This document shows, piece by piece, positions 26,938 through 36,084 of a DNA stretch of 61,051 nt. The notes under the pieces were generated by a model. It made no database searches. It saw only the letters and a program-made list of their open reading frames with translations, and was not told the DNA's origin. Source of the DNA: Eubacteriales bacterium (GTDB taxonomy: Bacteria > Bacillota > Clostridia > Oscillospirales > CAG-272); contig JAZQJQ010000009.1 of assembly GCA_045541735.1 (NCBI GenBank), forward strand, positions 1 through 61,051, written 5' to 3'. How positions within the stretch are numbered: position 1 is the first letter of the stretch; every line of letters begins with the position of its first letter. Both the position numbers and the translations under genes were made by a program.

Positions 26938-28532
26938 TGAAAAAATATTTATTAAAATCCTTAGCCGCGTTTCTCGCATTTTTTGCGCTTGTTTCATGCT
27001 CGGGAGATACCGCTCAGACCACTGAAACCCCGAGTGACAGTGTCACAACAGATAATTCAGAAAACTCATCACAATTTACTTTTTTTGAGGCAGATGATAG
27101 TATTATGCTTGAAAACGGAATGATCAAAAACATCGACGGCGATAAGGATAAGATAATCCTGTCAAAAGAAAAATACGAAGCCTCTAATACTTTTGATTTC
27201 AAATTCTCATTTGATTCAAAGGGCGCAATACTATCTATATATCTTGACATTATAGAGGATGAAGACGGAATCATCAAAAGCTTTAAAATGCTTCGTATAG
27301 ACCCTTTGAACAAACACTTTAATCTTTTTACCGTTGAGGGCGACGAACAAACTCTGCTCGGTTATGCAAAATACCCTTTTCAGACAAAGACCGAGTATTA
27401 TGTCAGGCTGCGCAACCTATCGAACAGTATTTCTGTCCACTTCGGAACCGACGTTATCGAATCAGCTCCTATTATTGACGTCACGTGCAAGAGACCGCCT
27501 AAATCCAAGCTTGGCATCTGCTTTAACGGAAGCACAAAATCTTCAATATCCGAGCCGCTATTCGAGCGATCAACAGCGCCATCTGAGAATGCAAGATATA
27601 AGAATCCACTGCTGGAAAGCATCGTAATAGCTGACCCGACCGTTCTTTTCCACGAAGGCACCTATTATATGTTCACAACCGGAAGTTTTGTTTGCAGAAC
27701 AAGCAAGGATCTCATTAATTGGAAGGATGCAGGTTCAGTTGCTCAGTCCGCAGGTCTTTACGGAACTAAATATTTCGGCGGTGCAGGTATATACGAACGC
27801 GGCGGAAAGTTCTATATGCTTTACACTTCCCATCGAACCGAATCATCCGGACTTTCCGTATTTTACGCAACGTCTGATAACGTCCTCGGCCCGTATGAGC
27901 AGAAGGGCACGATGGAAGAACATATTCTACTGTCAAAAAACAGCCCGGCAGGGTCTTTCCTATTCAATGACCCGGTAAGCGGAAAAGATATTCTCTATTT
28001 TTACCGCACTGATCCCGGCGTCGGTAATGTACTATATGCCATCAACGTTTCTGTTGAAAACGGCAAGATCATATTAAAAGACAAGGAGCCTGTCAAGCTA
28101 ACAGAACCCAATCAAGCATGGGAAATGAAAAAAGAAAACGGTGTTTCTACTCCTGTTTGCGAGCGTCCGAACGTTCTCTACCGCGAGGGATACTACTACG
28201 TATTCTATGCCGGAAGCCACTACAAAACATCGTATTCAGAAGGTTATATTGTTTCGGATAAGCCCATGAGCGGCTTTGAAAAACCTAAGAATACAAATCC
28301 TCTGCTTGACGCAACTTCAAGCCTAACGGGTGTTGGATGTACTTGGATAGTTCCTTCGCCCGATGAAAGCGAGCTCTTTGTTCTCTATCATTGTCACGAT
28401 GCGGTAGACTCATTCCGTAAACGCAGGCTCTGCATGGATAGACTCACCTTCCGGAATGATCCCGAAGGCGGTCCGGATATTCCTGTAATTCACGGTCCGA
28501 CGGTAACGTATCAGCCTGCACCTTCGAAATAA
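26937..28532 (+). CDS. Lipoprotein with N-terminal beta-rich domain and C-terminal GH43-like beta-propeller
   Basis: Lipobox LVSC; NPL..IADPTV, SKDLINW, GPY, CERP, NPLL and LYH...R.LCMD motifs. Confidence 0.8.
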   Translation: MKKYLLKSLAAFLAFFALVSCSGDTAQTTETPSDSVTTDNSENSSQFTFFEADDSIMLENGMIKNIDGDKDKIILSKEKYEASNTFDFKFSFDSKGAILSIYLDIIEDEDGIIKSFKMLRIDPLNKHFNLFTVEGDEQTLLGYAKYPFQTKTEYYVRLRNLSNSISVHFGTDVIESAPIIDVTCKRPPKSKLGICFNGSTKSSISEPLFERSTAPSENARYKNPLLESIVIADPTVLFHEGTYYMFTTGSFVCRTSKDLINWKDAGSVAQSAGLYGTKYFGGAGIYERGGKFYMLYTSHRTESSGLSVFYATSDNVLGPYEQKGTMEEHILLSKNSPAGSFLFNDPVSGKDILYFYRTDPGVGNVLYAINVSVENGKIILKDKEPVKLTEPNQAWEMKKENGVSTPVCERPNVLYREGYYYVFYAGSHYKTSYSEGYIVSDKPMSGFEKPKNTNPLLDATSSLTGVGCTWIVPSPDESELFVLYHCHDAVDSFRKRRLCMDRLTFRNDPEGGPDIPVIHGPTVTYQPAPSK

Positions 28533-28535
28533 TAT

Positions 28536-28568
28536 AAATGACCGAATCAAACGATTCGGTCATTTTTT
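28536..28568. terminator. Terminator hairpin between the convergent GH43 and M48 genes
   Basis: AAATGACCGAATC-AAAC-GATTCGGTCATTT with a T-tract on the + strand. Confidence 0.75.
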
Positions 28569-29143
28569 GTTATGATTCCTCTTTTAGCTCTCCCTATCAA
28601 GAGAGCGCCGTCTTCTTTAAGCCAGCGTTGGCTTTCCTTTCGATATGGAAAATTTGAATCCACAAAAGCATAAAAAGCCTTAGAATGATCCATAAACTTC
28701 AAGTGTGAAAGTTCGTGGACAAGAATGTAATCGATAACGATGTCGGGAGCTAATATAAGAAGGCAATTGATGCTTATGTTTTTATCGATACTGCAGCTTC
28801 CCCATCGGGAGTACATCGTCTTGACCGTGAGCTTATTATAAGAAACACCAAGCCTCTCTGCCCAGCGATCCAGCCGAGCAGGAATAGTATTCTCCGCCTT
28901 CATTTTTAAAGAGAGAACTTCTTCAACACTGATCGGTTCAGTGTTTTTGCCTGAAAGAAATTTTCGTCTCTCCTCTGCCTTTTTTGCTATCCATTCGGCA
29001 TTGTTCTTGACAGCTTTTTCTATTGAAGCATTGCTCGCAGTAATCGGCGCAAGAACTGTTACCGAGCCGTTATATTCAAATCTGATGGCAAGGGTCTTAC
29101 GCTTTGAGCGCTTGACAGTATATTCAAGTCTTTCAATAGTCAT
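28547..29143 (-). CDS. YgjP/DUF45 (M48/SprT-like) metal-dependent hydrolase
   Basis: RSKRKT, SRWGSCS and YILVHELSH motifs. Confidence 0.88.
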   Translation of the reverse strand: MTIERLEYTVKRSKRKTLAIRFEYNGSVTVLAPITASNASIEKAVKNNAEWIAKKAEERRKFLSGKNTEPISVEEVLSLKMKAENTIPARLDRWAERLGVSYNKLTVKTMYSRWGSCSIDKNISINCLLILAPDIVIDYILVHELSHLKFMDHSKAFYAFVDSNFPYRKESQRWLKEDGALLIGRAKRGIITKNDRIV

Positions 29144-30512
29144 TCTTGCTTCTTATAAATTCGTCTTTGACGGTATCCGTGATATAAGAACGAAGTTCAT
29201 CTGTAGAAAACTTATGTCCGTACCGAGTTAAAACTCCGTGTTTCTCAACCATTTCATCGGTATAATCCTCAAGATAATATATCTTATTGTTTCTGTAATC
29301 GACGTCATAGTTATAGACGGTAGGAACGAATCCAACATTCTCTATGACAAAATCTTCATCATTATCAACTCGTAAATCGAACGTCATAATTCCGCCTAAT
29401 ACGGTAAGCGGATATTCCATAATTCCGATGAAATTACCCAGCGAAAATGCACAGAGCATCTTATTGCCGTTCTTTCCTTCTATCCATTCTATAGGATGGA
29501 TAATATGGGGATGGTGACCGATAACTGCATCAACTTCAAGATCAGCAAACAGCTGAGCAAAATACAGCTGACTGTCAGAAACGACAGAAGAACTGTCAAC
29601 ACCCCAATGAGCAGAAATTATAATTACGTCTGCAACTTCCTTCGCAAGCTTCACAGCCGTCAATACGTTTTCCTCGTTAAGATAAGGAACGAATACTTCG
29701 CTGTCATCATACAAAGTTATTGTGTTTGTCGACTCTGTAAATGCAAGGAATGCGATCTTGATACCATCGCATTCAACTACTCTTATGCTTTTAAAATCAT
29801 CTTCATTTAAATACCCGCCGATCACAGTCAATCCTTGTTTTTCAAGTGTATTTCGGCTTATGGCAATTCCTTCACCCGTTGAATTTACGGCATAATCGTA
29901 ACCTACGTCAAGCATATGATTTGTTGCGATATTTACAATATCGAACCCAAGCTCCGAAAGTGTATCTGCAACCTCGAAAGGAGAGTTGAAATACGGATAC
30001 CCCACGTTCCCTCCGCAAAGAAGAGTTTCCTGATTAACAAATGCAATATCGGCAGATTCGATCAACTGCCGAACATTCTCATAAGTGAACAGATAACTTC
30101 TCTTACCGTCAACGGCAAGCTCGTCAGCTTCGAATGTATTCGGCCGGTAAAGAAGATTATCACCGCACGCGAGCACGGAAATAATCTTCTCTGCTGTTTC
30201 GGGAGGTTCTGTAACCGGTGGTTCTGTCACAGTAATTTCAGAGTCGTTCGGTTCGTTCACAGAAGCACTTGTATCAAGCGGAAGAGTAGCGGGCTCTTCA
30301 GTTACCCGACCCACTGTGGTATCATAGATAGTAGTGATCAGTCCGGTATCCGGATCAACGCATACCTCAGACGTACCTGTATCATCAAAAGACGTGATAG
30401 ACGGATCGTGCGGAGCTGTATTGCGGGTGACAAGGAAAACAACACCTACGGCCAACGCAACACATACTGCAAACACTAAAAACAATTTTTCAAAAAGGAT
30501 CTGCTTTCGCAT
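29133..30512 (-). CDS. CapA/PgsA family metallophosphoesterase, membrane-anchored
   Basis: CGD, NQET, ATNHMLD, AHWG, GHHPH and FSLGNF motifs. Confidence 0.88.
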   Translation of the reverse strand: MRKQILFEKLFLVFAVCVALAVGVVFLVTRNTAPHDPSITSFDDTGTSEVCVDPDTGLITTIYDTTVGRVTEEPATLPLDTSASVNEPNDSEITVTEPPVTEPPETAEKIISVLACGDNLLYRPNTFEADELAVDGKRSYLFTYENVRQLIESADIAFVNQETLLCGGNVGYPYFNSPFEVADTLSELGFDIVNIATNHMLDVGYDYAVNSTGEGIAISRNTLEKQGLTVIGGYLNEDDFKSIRVVECDGIKIAFLAFTESTNTITLYDDSEVFVPYLNEENVLTAVKLAKEVADVIIISAHWGVDSSSVVSDSQLYFAQLFADLEVDAVIGHHPHIIHPIEWIEGKNGNKMLCAFSLGNFIGIMEYPLTVLGGIMTFDLRVDNDEDFVIENVGFVPTVYNYDVDYRNNKIYYLEDYTDEMVEKHGVLTRYGHKFSTDELRSYITDTVKDEFIRSKNDY

Positions 30513-30522
30513 AGTTCCTCCG

Positions 30523-32898
30523 TTACTTCAATTCAAGTATCGTTACTCCGCTGTCGCCCTCACCGTGCGCGCCAAGCCTGAAGGCGGCAATTCGCGAATC
30601 ACCTTTAAACCATGTCCACAGATAAGATCTTAGCGCGCCGGTTCCCTTGCCGTGAATAATACGCACTGAGCGAATATTAGCCATCATCGCATCGTCGATA
30701 TACTTGTCGCACATAAACCAAGCATCATCCGTAAGCTGACCTCTGAGATCAAGCTCGGGCGAGAAACCGCTTGAAGCGGTAACACGGTGTAAGCTGTTTT
30801 GTTGCTTTTGCTTAGGCTTATCGGATTTCTCAAGAAGCCGGAGGTTGGTAACGTTGGTACGTGTGATAACAGCGCCGCATTGGATACGTACGTTTCCAGA
30901 CCGGTCAGGATCATCGAGTAACACTCCGTGTTTACCGATGTTGCGCATCTTAACCTCATCGCCCTTCTTCAGCGCGCGCGGTAATACGTATCCATCGTCC
31001 GTTTCTCTATTGATCGAAGAAGCATCTTCCTCTCCTCGAAGCATAGCTTCGCGTATTTCACGCTTTTTCTTTGCAAGCTCCTCGGCAGAAAGATCCTTTG
31101 CCTTCTGCTTCCGAAGCTTTTCAACCTCATCAAAAACAAATTCGGCAGTAGCTCGGGCGCTGTCTAGTGTTTGCCGCACTTTTGTACGTGCTGCTTCTAT
31201 CTCACGCTCTTTTTCAGCATTAAGGGCAGTTATCTTCTTCTCGGATTCTGCCTTGAATCGGCTGAACGCTTCCCTTTCCGAAATAAGTTCAGCCTTGATC
31301 TTCTCGGATTCAATGCGCGTCTCTTCAAGCTTTTCTATCACGGATTCAAACTTCTTAACGTCTCCGGATACAAGACGGGAAGCCCTGTCAATGATCGATT
31401 CGTCGATACCAAGCTTACCGGCAATTGCAAAAGCATTGGATTTACCGGGCGTTCCCATAATAAGCTTATATGTCGGACGGAGCGTCTCGACGTTAAATTC
31501 ACAAGATGCATTAACTACACCGTCTGTATCAAGAGCATAAGATTTCAGTTCAGCATAGTGAGTGGTTGCGGCGGTAAGAGCACCCTTTCTTCTGACCTCC
31601 TCAAGGATAGCCGTAGCAAGAGCAGCGCCCTCAACGGGATCTGTACCTGCACCAAGCTCGTCAAAAAGAATAAGCGATCTTTTACCAGCTGATTTAATTA
31701 TCTCAACAATATTAACCATATGCGACGAGAAGGTGGATAAGGATTGCTCGATGCTCTGCTCGTCGCCGATATCGGCTCGCACGTGATCAAAAACACCGCA
31801 CACCGAATTCTCCGCGGCAGGTATGTGCAGGCCGGACTGAGCCATTAAAGTAAGCAGACCAAGCGTTTTTAGTGTAACAGTTTTTCCTCCGGTGTTCGGG
31901 CCGGTAATTACAAGAGTATCAAGGCCGCCCGACAGATCTACGTTTACCGGAACTACCTTATCTTTATCAATAAGAGGATGACGAGCTGAAAACAAAGATA
32001 TCGTCCGCTCCTCGGAAAAAGACGGAGAACTCGCCTTCATTTCGTATGAGAGAGATGCACATGCGAATACGAAAGAAAGTTCGGTAATGTTGAGATAATT
32101 TCTGAAAAGAGGGTTTGCACAACCTGCCACTTCAGACGAAAATTCGGCAAGTATGCGTTCTATCTCGCGTTGCTCCTTGCTTTCGAGTACACGAAGCTCG
32201 TTATTTGCTTCAAGAACCGCAGCAGGTTCGATAAAGACCGTTGCACCAGATGCAGAAGTATCGTGCACAAGGCCTTTTACTTCGCCTCTGTGCTCAGATT
32301 TAACAGGAACGACATATCTTCCGCCGCGAGTTGTTACAATATTCTCCTGCAGAAATTTGGAGCCTGCGCCGCTTATAAATTTATTAAGCGACTCTTTAAT
32401 TCGGTTATTAGCATTACGTATTTTACGTCTTATATCGGCAAGCTCGGGACTTGCCTCATCAGCTATCATATCCTCGGAAATTATCGCAGAATTAATTCTG
32501 TTTTCAAGGTACTTATTAGGTGTTAACCCCGCAAATACGTCATCAAGACACGTATCGAATTTCTTATCGGTCTCGATGTAATCGGTAAGCTGACGCGCGG
32601 CAGAAAGCACACGTGCTATCTCAATAAGCTCTCTACAGGAAAGAACTGCTGATTTTTCTGCCCTGCCGACAGAATCGGATATATCGGTAACTCCGCAAAA
32701 AGGCGGCATACCCTTTATATCGCATAGCCGCTTTGCATCGGAGGTACGCTTTTGACGGCGCAGAACCATTTCAAAATCGTCAGTCGGCATCATTGCAAGC
32801 GCCGCCTGCGCGCCGCCCTTGGTGGGTGCGCAGGATGCAAGCATTTCTTTAATTTTATCGTACTCAAGCACCTCAAGGGTGCGCTCGGTAATATTCAT
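30523..32898 (-). CDS. mutS2: Endonuclease MutS2
   Basis: ITGPNTGGKT, QSLSTFSSHM and DELGAGTDP motifs; C-terminal Smr domain IIHGKGTG. Confidence 0.96.
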   Translation of the reverse strand: MNITERTLEVLEYDKIKEMLASCAPTKGGAQAALAMMPTDDFEMVLRRQKRTSDAKRLCDIKGMPPFCGVTDISDSVGRAEKSAVLSCRELIEIARVLSAARQLTDYIETDKKFDTCLDDVFAGLTPNKYLENRINSAIISEDMIADEASPELADIRRKIRNANNRIKESLNKFISGAGSKFLQENIVTTRGGRYVVPVKSEHRGEVKGLVHDTSASGATVFIEPAAVLEANNELRVLESKEQREIERILAEFSSEVAGCANPLFRNYLNITELSFVFACASLSYEMKASSPSFSEERTISLFSARHPLIDKDKVVPVNVDLSGGLDTLVITGPNTGGKTVTLKTLGLLTLMAQSGLHIPAAENSVCGVFDHVRADIGDEQSIEQSLSTFSSHMVNIVEIIKSAGKRSLILFDELGAGTDPVEGAALATAILEEVRRKGALTAATTHYAELKSYALDTDGVVNASCEFNVETLRPTYKLIMGTPGKSNAFAIAGKLGIDESIIDRASRLVSGDVKKFESVIEKLEETRIESEKIKAELISEREAFSRFKAESEKKITALNAEKEREIEAARTKVRQTLDSARATAEFVFDEVEKLRKQKAKDLSAEELAKKKREIREAMLRGEEDASSINRETDDGYVLPRALKKGDEVKMRNIGKHGVLLDDPDRSGNVRIQCGAVITRTNVTNLRLLEKSDKPKQKQQNSLHRVTASSGFSPELDLRGQLTDDAWFMCDKYIDDAMMANIRSVRIIHGKGTGALRSYLWTWFKGDSRIAAFRLGAHGEGDSGVTILELK

Positions 32899-33668
32899 TA
32901 ATTTTTGACCTCATGATAAAAACTAAGAGTCTTAAATCCGCAATCAAGCTGTGCAAGGAGATATTTCTCACACAAGTCGGAAAGAGCGGAACCTTCTTCA
33001 TCGGGAAGGCGGAACGCGAATTGATTCTTCGTATCGGGTGAAGTTATAAATCTGAATGCATCAAGCTCGCCCGATGTAATCGGAAGAACGGAGACCGGTA
33101 TCTGAGTCTCAGCAAAAAGTTTACGTACACAGCTTTCACATAAGCATACGCCGCCTACGGTGTCGATATATGTGATGTTATCTGCTGAACCGCAGTTACC
33201 GCACGATTCAAGTTCGGGAGAAAAACCTCCGACACAGACAGCAGAAAGTTCAAAAACTGCTTTGATATGATCGAGGCTGTGCTTTTCTCCGCAAAGCATA
33301 TATAGAGTATTGAGCGTAAGACGTAAAAGCTCTACGTCGGCTTGTCCTTCGAGCGAAAGCTGTTCCGTAACTGAAGCAACATAGCAGGCAAGAGCAAGGC
33401 GCGGAAGATCACGTCTTACGGCAAAAAAGCTCTCGGCAAGAGAAGCATCCTTCAGCCATTTAAAATCACCCTTGACCGTAAACGTAAATTCACCGTATGC
33501 AAACTGCTGAGATACAGACATAAACTTACTTTTTAGCGAACGTGCTCCTTTTGCCGATATAGTCAGCTTTCCGTATTCTGCAGTAAGCAATGTAAGAAGC
33601 TTATCGTTATCACCGACATCTGTAGATCTTAACACAATACCTGTACAGCTTGCGGAAACGGTTGACAT
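32898..33668 (-). CDS. recO: DNA repair protein RecO
   Basis: GIVLRS..GDNDKLLTL, AKGAR and CxxC..CxxC; follows era. ATG 33668. Confidence 0.92.
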   Translation of the reverse strand: MSTVSASCTGIVLRSTDVGDNDKLLTLLTAEYGKLTISAKGARSLKSKFMSVSQQFAYGEFTFTVKGDFKWLKDASLAESFFAVRRDLPRLALACYVASVTEQLSLEGQADVELLRLTLNTLYMLCGEKHSLDHIKAVFELSAVCVGGFSPELESCGNCGSADNITYIDTVGGVCLCESCVRKLFAETQIPVSVLPITSGELDAFRFITSPDTKNQFAFRLPDEEGSALSDLCEKYLLAQLDCGFKTLSFYHEVKN

Positions 33669-33669
33669 A

Positions 33670-34551
33670 TCAATCCTTTCTGTAACCGAAGTTACGAACA
33701 ACAGTGGGATTATCTCTCCAATTCTCTTTGACTTTTACCCATAGATCGATAAACACCTTACATCCGAAGAATGCTTCAAGATCCTCTCTCGCCTTGGTTC
33801 CGACAAGCTTGAGAGCCGCCCCCTTGTGACCTATTATAATGCCCTTGTGGCTCTCTTTCTCGCAGAATATATCGGCGCGAATACGAAGCATATTTTTCTC
33901 CTCAAGGAATTCCTCGACAACAACAGCAGTGCCGTGGGGCACTTCCCTATCGAGAGTTCGGAGGAGCTTTTCTCTTATGATCTCAGCCGCGATCTGACGG
34001 TCCGGCTGGTCGGTGATCATATCCTCAGGGAAAAGCCAAGGCATCTCTACGGTATATTTTTCCGCCTCAGAGAGAAGTATGTCTACCCCCTCACCGTTTT
34101 TCGCAGACATAGGCACCACGGCAGCAAAATCAAATTCCGAGGCATAAGCGGCGATTGTATCACCTATGTGCTTTGCATCATATGCATCAGTCTTATTAAT
34201 TACAAGAATTGCCGGAATCTCACACTTGCGGATACGGCCGAGTATCTTTTGCTCAATATCTCCCACACCGCCGTGAGGTTCAACAACAAGAATGGCAAGG
34301 TCGGCATCGCCTATTGCACCTTTTGCGGCATCTACCATATACTTTCCAAGGTCAGTACGCGGTGTGTGTATTCCGGGAGTATCGAGAAATACATACTGCG
34401 TGTCACCGACGGTGTGAACGCCCATAATGCGGTTTCTAGTAGTCTGAGGCTTTTTCGATACTATTGCGATCTTTTCGCCGAGAACAGCGTTAAGAAGAGT
34501 TGATTTACCGACGTTCGGCCTTCCGACAATAGATATATATAGAGCCTTCAT
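33670..34551 (-). CDS. era: GTPase Era
   Basis: GRPNVGKS, PQTTR, DTPG and NKTD motifs; KH domain. ATG 34551. Confidence 0.96.
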   Translation of the reverse strand: MKALYISIVGRPNVGKSTLLNAVLGEKIAIVSKKPQTTRNRIMGVHTVGDTQYVFLDTPGIHTPRTDLGKYMVDAAKGAIGDADLAILVVEPHGGVGDIEQKILGRIRKCEIPAILVINKTDAYDAKHIGDTIAAYASEFDFAAVVPMSAKNGEGVDILLSEAEKYTVEMPWLFPEDMITDQPDRQIAAEIIREKLLRTLDREVPHGTAVVVEEFLEEKNMLRIRADIFCEKESHKGIIIGHKGAALKLVGTKAREDLEAFFGCKVFIDLWVKVKENWRDNPTVVRNFGYRKD

Positions 34552-35039
34552 TATTTGACCTCCGTAGTGTTTTTCAGTCCGAATCCGCATATCTCTGCGA
34601 TGGAGCTTTGGCGTGCACGCATATCGGCCTCATCATCTTCGCCGGTTTCGTGGTCGTAGCCAAGAAGATGCAGGGTGGAATGGATAACAAGGAAAGCTGC
34701 CTCACGCTCGAATCCGTGACCGAATTCTTCGCCCTGACTTCGTGCGCGAGATAGATTTAGAACGATGTCGCCAAGCTCTATGGGCCTTCCGGGAACGTTG
34801 GGGTCATTTTCATCGAACATAGGAAAAGAAAGTACGTCTGTTTCCTTATCGATGTTTCTGAATTCTGCATTTAAAGCTCTTATTCCCTCACCGTCGCAAA
34901 AAGTTACGGATACGTTACAGTCGCGTTTAAAATCCTCAAATTCGAGCGTGCCGAGTATAGCACGCCTTACAAGCATTTTGAGGTCATAATTCACCTTTTC
35001 CGTTTTCTGTTCATTTGTAAAATAAATCATCAGCTTCAT
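34551..35039 (-). CDS. ybeY: rRNA maturation endoribonuclease YbeY
   Basis: TDVLSFP and HSTLHLLGYDH motifs. Confidence 0.95.
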   Translation of the reverse strand: MKLMIYFTNEQKTEKVNYDLKMLVRRAILGTLEFEDFKRDCNVSVTFCDGEGIRALNAEFRNIDKETDVLSFPMFDENDPNVPGRPIELGDIVLNLSRARSQGEEFGHGFEREAAFLVIHSTLHLLGYDHETGEDDEADMRARQSSIAEICGFGLKNTTEVK

Positions 35040-36067
35040 TGTCTGAACCCTCTTTTTACTCTGTATTCGCCTCTTGAGTCTTTTTCCTTAGCGTTAGATC
35101 TCTCATATTTTTCGTAAGCAAGTATTATCTTTTGTACAAGCTTATGGCGCACAACGTCGCGCTCGGTAAATCGGTGGACTGAAATATCATCAATTCCCTC
35201 AAGAATTTTCACAGCCTCGGCAAGACCGCTTCTTCTGCCGATATTAAGATCTGTTTGAGTCAGATCACCCGTTACAACAGCTTTTGAGTTATTGCCGAGT
35301 CGGGTAAGAAACATCTTCATCTGTTCAGGCGTGGTGTTTTGTGCCTCATCAAGAATGATAAAAGAATCATCAAGCGTTCTGCCGCGCATATACGCAAGGG
35401 GCGCTATTTCTATCGTGCTTCTCTCGAGATGGCGAGCATAATTCTCAGCACCCAACATCTCGTATAATGCATCATAAAGAGGGCGAAGATAAGGGTCTAT
35501 CTTATTTTGAAGGTCACCCGGAAGAAATCCAAGCTTTTCTCCCGCTTCTACCGCAGGCCGTGTAAGTACGATCCTGCTTATCTCCTTTGCACGCAACGCT
35601 TTTACTGCCATAGCAACGGCAAGAAAAGTCTTGCCGGTACCTGCAGGTCCGATTCCGAGAACGACCGTGTTAGACTTGATCTTATCAACGTAATGACGTT
35701 GACCGACAGTCTTCGGCTTTATCGGTCTTCCCTTTGCAGTAACGCAGACGCAATTATCGTCAAAACCCTCTAGTTCTGTCTTTTTTCCATCCTTGACCAT
35801 ACCGATAAAGTACTCTACAGTCTGCTCGCTGATCGTATCACCGTCAATTACAGTTCCCGAAAGCAGCTCAATAACCTCGCAGGCAGCTTTGACCGAAGCC
35901 GCATCTTCGCCGATAACTGAAACGGCATCAGCAGCCTCATCGCTGTTCGAGCGGTTATATACTCTGACATCAAATGCGTCCTCGATAAGTGATGCATTTT
36001 TATCAAAGCTTCCGAATATAGCGGACGTTATTCCGTCCGAAGATAAATAAACTGTTTTTTCTGCCAT
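35036..36067 (-). CDS. phoH: PhoH family ATPase
   Basis: GPAGTGKT, RPAVEAGEKLGFLPG and LDEAQN motifs. ATG 36067. Confidence 0.94.
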   Translation of the reverse strand: MAEKTVYLSSDGITSAIFGSFDKNASLIEDAFDVRVYNRSNSDEAADAVSVIGEDAASVKAACEVIELLSGTVIDGDTISEQTVEYFIGMVKDGKKTELEGFDDNCVCVTAKGRPIKPKTVGQRHYVDKIKSNTVVLGIGPAGTGKTFLAVAMAVKALRAKEISRIVLTRPAVEAGEKLGFLPGDLQNKIDPYLRPLYDALYEMLGAENYARHLERSTIEIAPLAYMRGRTLDDSFIILDEAQNTTPEQMKMFLTRLGNNSKAVVTGDLTQTDLNIGRRSGLAEAVKILEGIDDISVHRFTERDVVRHKLVQKIILAYEKYERSNAKEKDSRGEYRVKRGFRQ

Positions 36068-36084
36068 TTTTCCTCCTGACAGCC

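Noticed and set aside
26080-26997. 305-aa minus-strand ORF
   Set aside because: Fully antisense to the SBP gene; no recognisable motif.
30845-31540. Long antisense ORFs over mutS2 (similarly over era 33826-34503 and tyrS 48857-49543)
   Set aside because: Shadows of well-supported housekeeping genes.
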